From the NCBI GenBank assembly GCA_963666285.1, contig OY762711.1: 64,000 bases of DNA; one strand, written 5' to 3'. Below the pieces are notes generated by a model, which was not told where the DNA came from, did not search any database, and was given only the letters and a program-made list of their open reading frames with translations. Shown in pieces: positions 8,503 to 16,996 of this stretch. The stretch's first letter is position 1; each line of letters begins with the position of its first letter. The translations under genes and the position numbers were made by a program. The stretch is from Sedimentisphaerales bacterium (GTDB lineage: Bacteria; Planctomycetota; Phycisphaerae; Sedimentisphaerales; SM23-30).

Positions 8503-10467
8503 ATGAGTTTAATTGATTGGATAATTGTCTTTAGTATAAATGCCGCAGTTATAGGCTTTGCTTACTGGAGTAAAAGATACAATCGCAGTGTAGCAGATTT
8601 TCTGGCTGCAAACAGATGTGGTGGCCGTTATATACTTGCTGTTGCTGAAGCAATGGCATTCTTTGGTGCTATTTCTTTTGTTGCTGATTTTGAAAAAAAC
8701 TATGTTGCTGCGTTTGCTCAAAAATATTGGGAATGGCTAACTGCACCTTTTGGCATATTAGTTACTATTTCAGGATGGGTAATCTATAGATTTCGTCAAA
8801 CAAAAGCGTTAACATTAGGCCAGTTTCTGGAAATGAGATACGGCCGAAAATTCAGGATTTTTGCTGGTTCGCTGGCTTTTCTTTCAGGTGTAATCAATTT
8901 CGGTATTTTCCCGGGTATGGGGGCCAGATTTTTTATATATTACTGTGGGTTACCACAGTCATTTGAAGTTTTTGGTTTTGAAATATCTACATTTATCTTT
9001 TTGATGTTGTTTTTATTATCTATTGCTACAGCTATTACAATCTGGGGTGGGCAGATATCTGTCATGGTAACTGATTTTGTGCAGGGCTTGCTAATGCTTT
9101 CTGTTATCCTCATGGTTGTTATGTTCTTTTTAAAGGATTACAGCCTGGATGTTGTTTTTTCAACTCTTCAGCAAAGAGAGCCGGGCAGATATCTTATTGA
9201 TCCATTCGATACAGGTAAACAGAGTTTTAATGTATGGTATGCCCTTGTTCTTCTTGTTGGCACATTTTATAATTATATGGGTTGGCAAAGTTCACAGGGT
9301 TATAATACTTCAGCTAAAAGTCCTCATGAAGCCAAAATGTCAAAAATAATAGGCTGGTTTCGAGGGGTGCCATATTTTATTTCAGTTCTTATTATTGCTG
9401 TTTGTGCTTATACTGCCATGCATAATCCTTCGTACAGTTCAGTTGCTGACGCTGTAAATAGTGAATTGTCGAATATCGATAGTGCTAAGTTACAGGGGCA
9501 AATGGTAGTGCCTGTTTTTCTGGGTAAAACCTTGCCGATAGGTTTGTTAGGTTTGTTTTTTGCAGTAATTGTGAGTGCCTTTATTTCAACTCATGACACA
9601 TTTCTGCATTCCTGGGGAAGTATTCTGGTACAGGACGTTTTGATTCCAATCCGCAATAAACCTCTTGATCCCAAACAGCATATAAGGTGGCTGAGGTTTT
9701 CTATTATTGGTGTAGCTGTATTTATATTTTTATGGAGCGTGTTTTTAAGGTTTGAAGATCACATTTTAATGTATTGGATGGTGACAGGAGCGATATTCCT
9801 GGGCGGTTCAGGTTCAGTTATTATTGGTGGTTTATACTGGAAACGCGGCACAACTGCCGGGGCGTTTTCGGCTATGGCGATAGGAAGTGTATTAGCGACT
9901 TCCGGATTAATTGTCCGAATGGTAAATCCAGAGTTTCCTATAGGCTCACAAATGATATTTACCATTTCCATGGCAGCTTCTGTTGCATCATATATTGTCA
10001 TTTCATTGTTGGGTAAGAAAACATTTAATCTTGACAAAATGCTGCATCGAGGTGCCTATTCAGAGAATGTCGAAAAAGAGAGCAAGCCTTTAACCTTCTG
10101 GAAGTCGATTAAAGAGCGGCTTGGAATTACGAAAGAATTTACACGGACAGACTTGTTTGTGTATTCTATTGTTCTTGGCCAGAGTGTTCTTTGGTTTATT
10201 ATCGGATGGGTAATATTTATTTTGTATACGATGGGTGACAAATGGGGTTTTGAATTGACTGATGATCATTGGTTTGGGATTTGGAAATTTGAAATTTATT
10301 TGTTCCTGGCTGTTTCATTTTTTGTTCTTTTCTGGTTTGCAATTGGTGGTTTTAAAGATATGAAATATTTATTCAAAAGCCTGTCAAATATCAAACGTGA
10401 TGTGAATGATGATGGATGGGTAAATGCTGATGAAAGTAATGAAGAACAAGAAGTATCTAATACTTAA
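8503..10467 (+). CDS. Sodium:solute symporter family transporter (probable sugar/oligosaccharide uptake)
   Basis: ATG at 8503 after AGAGGA; many transmembrane segments; DFLAANR, TLGQFLEMRY, V.VTDFVQG, GGLYWKRGT. Confidence 0.9.
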   Translation: MSLIDWIIVFSINAAVIGFAYWSKRYNRSVADFLAANRCGGRYILAVAEAMAFFGAISFVADFEKNYVAAFAQKYWEWLTAPFGILVTISGWVIYRFRQTKALTLGQFLEMRYGRKFRIFAGSLAFLSGVINFGIFPGMGARFFIYYCGLPQSFEVFGFEISTFIFLMLFLLSIATAITIWGGQISVMVTDFVQGLLMLSVILMVVMFFLKDYSLDVVFSTLQQREPGRYLIDPFDTGKQSFNVWYALVLLVGTFYNYMGWQSSQGYNTSAKSPHEAKMSKIIGWFRGVPYFISVLIIAVCAYTAMHNPSYSSVADAVNSELSNIDSAKLQGQMVVPVFLGKTLPIGLLGLFFAVIVSAFISTHDTFLHSWGSILVQDVLIPIRNKPLDPKQHIRWLRFSIIGVAVFIFLWSVFLRFEDHILMYWMVTGAIFLGGSGSVIIGGLYWKRGTTAGAFSAMAIGSVLATSGLIVRMVNPEFPIGSQMIFTISMAASVASYIVISLLGKKTFNLDKMLHRGAYSENVEKESKPLTFWKSIKERLGITKEFTRTDLFVYSIVLGQSVLWFIIGWVIFILYTMGDKWGFELTDDHWFGIWKFEIYLFLAVSFFVLFWFAIGGFKDMKYLFKSLSNIKRDVNDDGWVNADESNEEQEVSNT

Positions 10468-10628
10468 GGCAACCTCTGAAAATTCATTTTGAGCAACAAG
10501 TTTTACTTTTGCCTGCTGACATGCGTCACATAAAACAGTGAATATAGCACAATATGCACGGTTTCACGTTCCTTGTCAGCAAACAAAATCTTAAACTTTC
10601 GCATCAGAAGTAATTTCCAGAGGTCACC
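10468..10628. mobile_element. MITE/REPIN-like 161-bp imperfect palindrome with TTAA flanks
   Basis: Ends GGCAACCTCTGAAAATT and AATTTCCAGAGGTCACC are imperfect inverted repeats. Nested arms TTTTGCCTGCTGACA/TGTCAGCAAACAAAA and AAACAGTGAATAT/ATATGCACGGTTT. TTAA at 10464-10467 and 10629-10632. Confidence 0.7.
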
Positions 10629-10698
10629 TTAAAGTAACGATAGTGCTCAAGAATGAATTAAGCTAATTGCGATATAAAACTAATAGATAGAAATATAT

Positions 10699-11682
10699 AT
10701 GGAAATACTGAAGACAAATTGTATTTTAGGTGACATTGAGTCCTATATAAAACTTGACCAGACAAGTGATGGATGTTTTATAACTGGTTCTGATGGCATT
10801 GAAGCTGTATATACTCCACAGGATCGTAAAGTTGAATTTGTTGTATTTTCAGATAAAGTTTTTTGCCTGGTTAAGTCTGGTATGGGTTATCCTGCAATAT
10901 ATCCTATGGATGAAGTTTCTTTTGATCCCGGAGCTGAAGCTGTTTTGATGGATCTTGACGGTACCAGTGTTCATAGTGAACCTTTCTGGATGTGGATAAT
11001 AGAGCAGACTGTAGCGAGGTTGATTGATAATAAGAATTTTACACTTGAAGATGAAGATGAGCCACATGTATCAGGCCATTCTGTTTCCGAACATTTACAG
11101 TATTGTATCAATAAATATTGTCCGGATAAAACAGTTGAGGATGCCAGGTGTTATTATTTTGATATTACTCATTTTGAGATGGAAGAGATCTTAAAGGGGC
11201 GTGGCAGGCGGGATGCTTTTGTTCCGAGTCCGGGGTTAAAAGATTTTTTATATGAGTTAAAAGCAAATGATATTAAAATTGGGCTTGTAACTTCAGGTCT
11301 TTATGAAAAAGCCTGGCCGGAAATACTATCAGCATTTCGTACTTTAAATATGGGAGATCCTTTGGATTTTTACGATGCCATAATAAGTGCAGGCCATGCG
11401 ATAAAAAAAGGTCAGGCTGGAACTTTAGGTGAATTATCTCCCAAGCCTCACCCTTGGCTCTATGCTGAAACAGCACGTGTAGGATTAGGGCTGGATATGT
11501 CAAAAAGGGCCAAAGTGGTTGGTATAGAAGATTCCAGTGCCGGAGTTGTTTCAATCCGTCTTGCCGGTTTTGCTTCTATTGGTATTTCCGGTGGCAATAT
11601 TAGCAAGGGCGGTACCAGCTCTTTACTATTGGACAATTTTGATAACTTGACAGAAGCATTACCGTTGATATTAGGCAAATAA
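10699..11682 (+). CDS. HAD-superfamily phosphatase (beta-PGM/YqaB-like) with an N-terminal extension
   Basis: Motif I MDLDGT, motif II LVTSG, motif III PKPHP, motif IV IEDS. Confidence 0.85.
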   Translation: MEILKTNCILGDIESYIKLDQTSDGCFITGSDGIEAVYTPQDRKVEFVVFSDKVFCLVKSGMGYPAIYPMDEVSFDPGAEAVLMDLDGTSVHSEPFWMWIIEQTVARLIDNKNFTLEDEDEPHVSGHSVSEHLQYCINKYCPDKTVEDARCYYFDITHFEMEEILKGRGRRDAFVPSPGLKDFLYELKANDIKIGLVTSGLYEKAWPEILSAFRTLNMGDPLDFYDAIISAGHAIKKGQAGTLGELSPKPHPWLYAETARVGLGLDMSKRAKVVGIEDSSAGVVSIRLAGFASIGISGGNISKGGTSSLLLDNFDNLTEALPLILGK

Positions 11683-11692
11683 GGAGCCTACT

Positions 11693-11983
11693 TTGAATTA
11701 CATAAAAATACAATTGATATTCTGGGTTGCTATTTCTGGATCGTTGGCGTGTGCTAATATTCAGATGCCCTCAATTTTTGATGATAATATGGTATTGCAG
11801 CAAGATACATATGTGTCTGTCTGGGGAACTGCCCAGCCGAGTGAAAAGGTCTCTGTTAGCGGCAGCTGGCACAACTCTTCAAGAGAAGCAGTAAAAGCAG
11901 GTTGTGATGGCAAATGGCTCGTTAAAACAAAAACTACCAAAGCCGGTTTGCCGGCATCACCTTTCCGGACAGATAGCTATTAA
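11693..11983 (+). pseudogene. Internally deleted sialate O-acetylesterase remnant
   Basis: Signal peptide plus MPSIFDDNMVLQQ...VWGTA (family N-terminus) joined directly to KAGLPASPFRTD (family C-terminus); the SGNH catalytic core is absent. Confidence 0.8.
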
Positions 11984-11995
11984 ATATTGGTACAA

Positions 11996-14746
11996 ATGAA
12001 ATCAGATATAAAACAAATCAAAGTTGTATCTAATACTCATTGGGATCGTGAATTCCGTATGAGTTTCGAGAAGACTCGACGTCGTCTCTTGGATATGCTG
12101 GATATAACTATGGATATTCTAGAACAGGATCCAAAGTATCACTCGTTTACTATGGACGGCCACTCAATAATGATAGATGACTATCTGGAAATGAGACCGG
12201 AACGAACTGAATTGGTAAATAAGCTTATAAAGTCAGGCAGATTGATCATAGGGCCGTATTATACCCTGGCAGAACAGTTTAGTATAGGTCATGAAGCTAT
12301 GGTTCGCAACCTGATGTGGGGCCAAAAGACCGTAAACAGATATGGCGGAAATATGCCGACGGTGGCCTATACTCCGTCTTCATGGGGCCAGACCGGTCAG
12401 TTACCTCAGATACTCAAAGATTTTGGTATTGATACCATGATGTTCTATCGCGGCATATCCCATCACGAATCTGATGCAGAATGGGTGTGGCAGTCACCAG
12501 ATGGTTCAGAAGTTCTAGCCAGCCGTTTTGCTGTATATGCTCGTTATAACTGGTACTACCAAGTGCATCGTGCAGTTACACGCGATAAAGTCTTTGATAA
12601 GGGCTATGACTGGGAACAAAATAATGAGATACCATTTCGTGTTTCCGATTCATTAGCAGCTGAAGATAACAGTTTTGAATTACTTGACCCTGCTCTGGAT
12701 TATGACAAGACCAGGCTTCGTCAAGCCATTGAGGATATGATAGATCGTGAAGGTGACCATTTTACCAGTGAAATCTTTCTGGCAATGCACGGTCATGATA
12801 TATCAGTGGCACATCCGCTGGAATCCCAGATTATCGAAGATGCCCAGAAAGAATTTAATGGCCAATACGAAATAACTCATACTGACCTGGAAAATTTCTG
12901 GCATGAATTCAGGAAAAAAGCAGACATTAGCTCTCTTTCAGTGTTAAAAGGTGAGAGAAGAGCTAATTTGAAAGAAGGTATGTGGACTTTTCTGTTTCCA
13001 GCTACTATAAGTGCCAGGACATATCTTAAGCAGCAGGATTTTGACGCCACAGCCAAATTGGTATATTCGGCAGAGCCTCTTGCCAGTCTTGCATATTGGT
13101 TAGGTATGAAATATCCCAAGGGGTATCTGGATAGGGCATGGCAGTATTTACTATCTAATCATACTCATGATGCCAATGGCGGCTGTGCTCCTGATGCGGT
13201 ATGTCTTGACATGGAATACCGCTATCGTAAAGTTAAGGATATTGCAGATATCGTTGTTAACGATTCGTTGGCGTATATAGCTAAGAATCTGAAAGCAGAT
13301 GAGGGAAATAGAGCCCAGTTGATAGTGTTTAACTCGTTGCCGGTTCGAAGAGATGAAATAATAGAGCTGGACCTGGAAATACCTGTTAGTTTGCACGCTA
13401 ATTCTATTAAGCTTACCTCCAAAGATGGTTCACAGGTGAAATTGCAGGCAATAAGTATGGAAAAGTCCAGCTCATTTATCGATAATATCTGGGATGTGCC
13501 GACAATCCTTGAAACAACCAGGCAGCGATATTATGCCAGGTTTATCAGTTTGCCGGCATTGGGATATCGGACATACGTAATTGAGCCGTGTTCGACAGAG
13601 CTTCGTAATTACGGCAGTTTAGTGACCGGACCATTATCGATGGAGAATGAAAATCTTAAAGTCAGGGTTAATAATGATGGTACAATTGATGTATTGAATA
13701 AGTTGACAAATAAGCATTATTATAATCTTAATTATCTTAGCGACCAGGGTGAATGCGGTAATGCGTGGAAACACATGTCACCGGTTTATGACAGGAAATA
13801 TGTCAGTTTAGGTGTTGATGCCAATATATCAATAATTGAAAATGGTCCACTGGTTAGCAGGATACAGGCAGAGTATAATTTTGCCGTTCCTGCTGACTAT
13901 GCTGATGGTCTAAGCAGGAATAAAAAGCTTGTCGATTTGCCGGTAAAGGTAATTTATACCCTAAAAGATGGAGCAGAGCAGGTAGAGGTAAAGATAACCG
14001 TGGAAAATAATGCTAAAGACCATTGGTTGAGAGCGAATTTCCCAACTGGTATTGACACTGATTATACTTCAGCTGACAGCCATTATGATGTGGTAGATCG
14101 CAAAATCAAGCTGCCTGACTCATCCGGATGGGTTGAGCCGGCTACCGGTACGCATCCTTTACGAACTTTTATAAGTATGAGTGACCATAAAGACGGTTTT
14201 TCGCTATTTACTAAGGGTGTTTTTGAATATGAAGCTTTTGATGATGAGGACAATACACTTGCAATAACTTTGATTCGGGCATGTCGGATCAAACTGGCGG
14301 TAAGCGAGGAAAAACTTACCGAACTGTCGGATAGAGGTATCCAGTGTCCCGGCAGGCAGGTATTTGAATATGCGATTAATGTTCATGAAGGTAACTGGCA
14401 GCAGGCAGGTACTATCAATGTCGCGGCAAAATACTATACACCGGTGCGGGCCGTTATGGCTGGCAGCGGCAAAGGTGAGTTTCCGCATGAGCAGTCATTG
14501 CTGGAAATCGATAATCCGAATATCCATATCAGTTGTATTAAGAAAGCAGAAGATAGTGATGATATTATAGTAAGGATGTTTAATCCAACTGAATCTGAGC
14601 AGGTGGTTGAGGTAGAACAAGAGTATAAAAAGGTTACAATGGCAGAAGGGCCATTATGTAAAAAAAACAGCGATGTCCTTAGTTTAGGTAAGAAAAAAAT
14701 AATTACAATTTTAATGGATAATTTACGATTACATACTTGTGAATGA
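11996..14746 (+). CDS. GH38 alpha-mannosidase (MngB/mannosylglycerate hydrolase-like branch)
   Basis: NTHWDREF, FTMDGH, IGPYY, WQSPDGSEV, NHTHDANGGC, LSDQGECGN; no signal peptide. ATG at 11996 (track starts at TTG 11987). Confidence 0.88.
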   Translation: MKSDIKQIKVVSNTHWDREFRMSFEKTRRRLLDMLDITMDILEQDPKYHSFTMDGHSIMIDDYLEMRPERTELVNKLIKSGRLIIGPYYTLAEQFSIGHEAMVRNLMWGQKTVNRYGGNMPTVAYTPSSWGQTGQLPQILKDFGIDTMMFYRGISHHESDAEWVWQSPDGSEVLASRFAVYARYNWYYQVHRAVTRDKVFDKGYDWEQNNEIPFRVSDSLAAEDNSFELLDPALDYDKTRLRQAIEDMIDREGDHFTSEIFLAMHGHDISVAHPLESQIIEDAQKEFNGQYEITHTDLENFWHEFRKKADISSLSVLKGERRANLKEGMWTFLFPATISARTYLKQQDFDATAKLVYSAEPLASLAYWLGMKYPKGYLDRAWQYLLSNHTHDANGGCAPDAVCLDMEYRYRKVKDIADIVVNDSLAYIAKNLKADEGNRAQLIVFNSLPVRRDEIIELDLEIPVSLHANSIKLTSKDGSQVKLQAISMEKSSSFIDNIWDVPTILETTRQRYYARFISLPALGYRTYVIEPCSTELRNYGSLVTGPLSMENENLKVRVNNDGTIDVLNKLTNKHYYNLNYLSDQGECGNAWKHMSPVYDRKYVSLGVDANISIIENGPLVSRIQAEYNFAVPADYADGLSRNKKLVDLPVKVIYTLKDGAEQVEVKITVENNAKDHWLRANFPTGIDTDYTSADSHYDVVDRKIKLPDSSGWVEPATGTHPLRTFISMSDHKDGFSLFTKGVFEYEAFDDEDNTLAITLIRACRIKLAVSEEKLTELSDRGIQCPGRQVFEYAINVHEGNWQQAGTINVAAKYYTPVRAVMAGSGKGEFPHEQSLLEIDNPNIHISCIKKAEDSDDIIVRMFNPTESEQVVEVEQEYKKVTMAEGPLCKKNSDVLSLGKKKIITILMDNLRLHTCE

Positions 14747-14820
14747 ATAATAACTGATGCTAGAAAAAGATCAATTACTGAACATATACATATTTGTTTT
14801 TACGAAACAGGACTAAATAT

Positions 14821-16965
14821 ATGATGATAAAAAAACTTCTATTTATTATATTATGCTTACAAGGCTTTGCTTGCGCATCTGTAATTGATTTTGTAGATGT
14901 GTTTGTAGGAACCCAGGGAGATCATGGCCAGTTGTATCCCGGAGCGACTTTGCCGTTTGGCTTGGTTAAACTCAGCCCTGATACGACAGGAAGCGGACAT
15001 GCCGGGTATGATTATTCAGATGTAGAAATAGAAGGTTTTTCACATACCCGCCTGGGAGGAGTCGGGTGTAATGGTGCCGGCGGGGATATTAAAGTCAAGC
15101 CGGCTTTGGGGAAGGTCAAAGTTGATCAATTAGATAAGAGTACCGAAACCGGTCATCCCGGATATTATTCTGTTTGTTTTTCTAATGGCATAAAAGCTGA
15201 ATTTACGGTGTCGTATCGAGTTGGTTTTCATAAATATTTGTTTCCTGAATCAAAGGATAATATTTACATTTATATTGATCCATCGCAAAGTTATGCCGGT
15301 TGTATGGAGTCCAAATGGTTTCAGGTCGGAGATAACACTTTAGCAGGGTATATCAAAGGGAAAAACGTTTGTGGCAAAGAGTATTATAAGCTTTATTATG
15401 CAGTGCAGTTTGATTCGCCGTATCGATCTGTAGAATCTGATGGTAGTGCAGTATGGTGCAGGTTTAGTTCAAACGAACATAGTTCTACCGAAATTAAGGT
15501 AAAAGTTAGTTTATCCCCGATTAGTTCAGATCAGGCATTATTTGAATGTGAAAATGATATCCCCGGCTGGAATTTTGAGTCGGCCAGGAGTTGTGCTGAA
15601 CAGACATGGGAAGATATTCTGGGAAAGGTTGAAATCAGAAATGTTCCCGAAGATTTGGAAGAGTTTAGAGATTTGTTTTATACCTGTTTATATCGCTGTT
15701 TCTTACTGCCTCATAACCTTACTAGCAGTACGGGCGAATATCGCATGGCCGGTGATGAACAGACAATACGTTCTACCAATAAAATATCAGAAGATTTTAC
15801 TTATTATTGTGGCTGGAGCGTGTGGGATGATTATCGAAAATTCAGTCTGATTTCTTTGCTGGCTCCTGATATATCTAAAGATATTACTCGTTCTATAATA
15901 GAGTGGTTTAAGGAAGGAAATACTCCGGCCTGGGCAGGCGGATATTGGCCTTGCCCGTCAGTTAGAAATGAATTTATCAATACTGTTGTATTAGATGCAT
16001 ATCAAAAAGGTTTGATAGATTACGATATTGAAAAAGCCTATGCCGGTCTTGTATCTTCTGTGCAGGGAAATGAACAGGTTGAAAAGCCATATCAGAATTA
16101 TATTGTTATGAAGTTTGCAGAGCTTCTTGGTAAAACTGAAGAAGCAGAAATGTTTAGAAATAAAGCCATGGCATATAAAAAATACTGGGTCCAAGGCCAG
16201 GTTGATGGTGAAGGGTTTCGGCGAGGGTTCTTTACTGCTGATGGCCGTAATGTACCTCAGGAAAAGGTTAATGAAGTTGACGCGGTGTTTTATGAGGGGA
16301 ATCTATGGCATTACAGATTCTTTGTACCTCATGATATACATGGTTTGGCAAATTTGAGAGGTAGTCGGGATTTACTGGCTGATGATCTTGAGTATTACTT
16401 TGAGACTAATCAGCATATGCCTTTGAATGAACCTCCGCTGGCATATCCGTTCTTGTTCAATTATCTGGGCAGACCAGACAGAACTCAATATTGGAGCAGA
16501 GTATTTATTACCGATATTGTCAATAATATATATCATAACCATGGCAAATTTGATACTCCAGTTTTGAGCAGAGTGTATCAGAAGCAGCCGGACGGCTGGC
16601 TGCCGACTATGGATGATGATACCGGGGCAATGTCAAGTCAGTTTGTCTTTTCAGCCCTTGGATTATATCCGGCCTGTATGGGCGATCCTTATTATGTGAT
16701 TGGTTCACCGCTGTTTCCCGAAGTTGTTCTTCACTTGAGAGATGGTGATTTTGTTATACGGGCAAATAATAGTACACTTGCTAACAAATATCTTCAATCG
16801 ATAGAGTTAAACGGTTCAGATTATGAAAAGAACTGGATCAGTTATGATCAGATAAAAAATGGTGGAAAGCTGTCAATGGAAATGGGATGTAAACCTAACC
16901 TTGAATTGATAAGAGATGCTGATTCTTTACCGCCTTCTCTGTCTGAATTGGAGAATGCTAAATAA
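14821..16965 (+). CDS. GH92 alpha-mannosidase, secreted
   Basis: PGATLPFGLVKLSPDT, GFSHTRLGG, SVWDDYR, YEGNLWHYRFFVPHD, NEP, DDDTGAMS...GLYP; signal peptide from ATG 14821. Confidence 0.9.
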   Translation: MMIKKLLFIILCLQGFACASVIDFVDVFVGTQGDHGQLYPGATLPFGLVKLSPDTTGSGHAGYDYSDVEIEGFSHTRLGGVGCNGAGGDIKVKPALGKVKVDQLDKSTETGHPGYYSVCFSNGIKAEFTVSYRVGFHKYLFPESKDNIYIYIDPSQSYAGCMESKWFQVGDNTLAGYIKGKNVCGKEYYKLYYAVQFDSPYRSVESDGSAVWCRFSSNEHSSTEIKVKVSLSPISSDQALFECENDIPGWNFESARSCAEQTWEDILGKVEIRNVPEDLEEFRDLFYTCLYRCFLLPHNLTSSTGEYRMAGDEQTIRSTNKISEDFTYYCGWSVWDDYRKFSLISLLAPDISKDITRSIIEWFKEGNTPAWAGGYWPCPSVRNEFINTVVLDAYQKGLIDYDIEKAYAGLVSSVQGNEQVEKPYQNYIVMKFAELLGKTEEAEMFRNKAMAYKKYWVQGQVDGEGFRRGFFTADGRNVPQEKVNEVDAVFYEGNLWHYRFFVPHDIHGLANLRGSRDLLADDLEYYFETNQHMPLNEPPLAYPFLFNYLGRPDRTQYWSRVFITDIVNNIYHNHGKFDTPVLSRVYQKQPDGWLPTMDDDTGAMSSQFVFSALGLYPACMGDPYYVIGSPLFPEVVLHLRDGDFVIRANNSTLANKYLQSIELNGSDYEKNWISYDQIKNGGKLSMEMGCKPNLELIRDADSLPPSLSELENAK

Positions 16966-16996
16966 ACGGAAATGTTTTGTTGTGCAAGTTATTATT

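Noticed and set aside
16916..16996. Overlap of the GH3 ORF with the GH92 3' end
   Set aside because: A later ATG at 16997 gives a proper signal peptide and removes the overlap.
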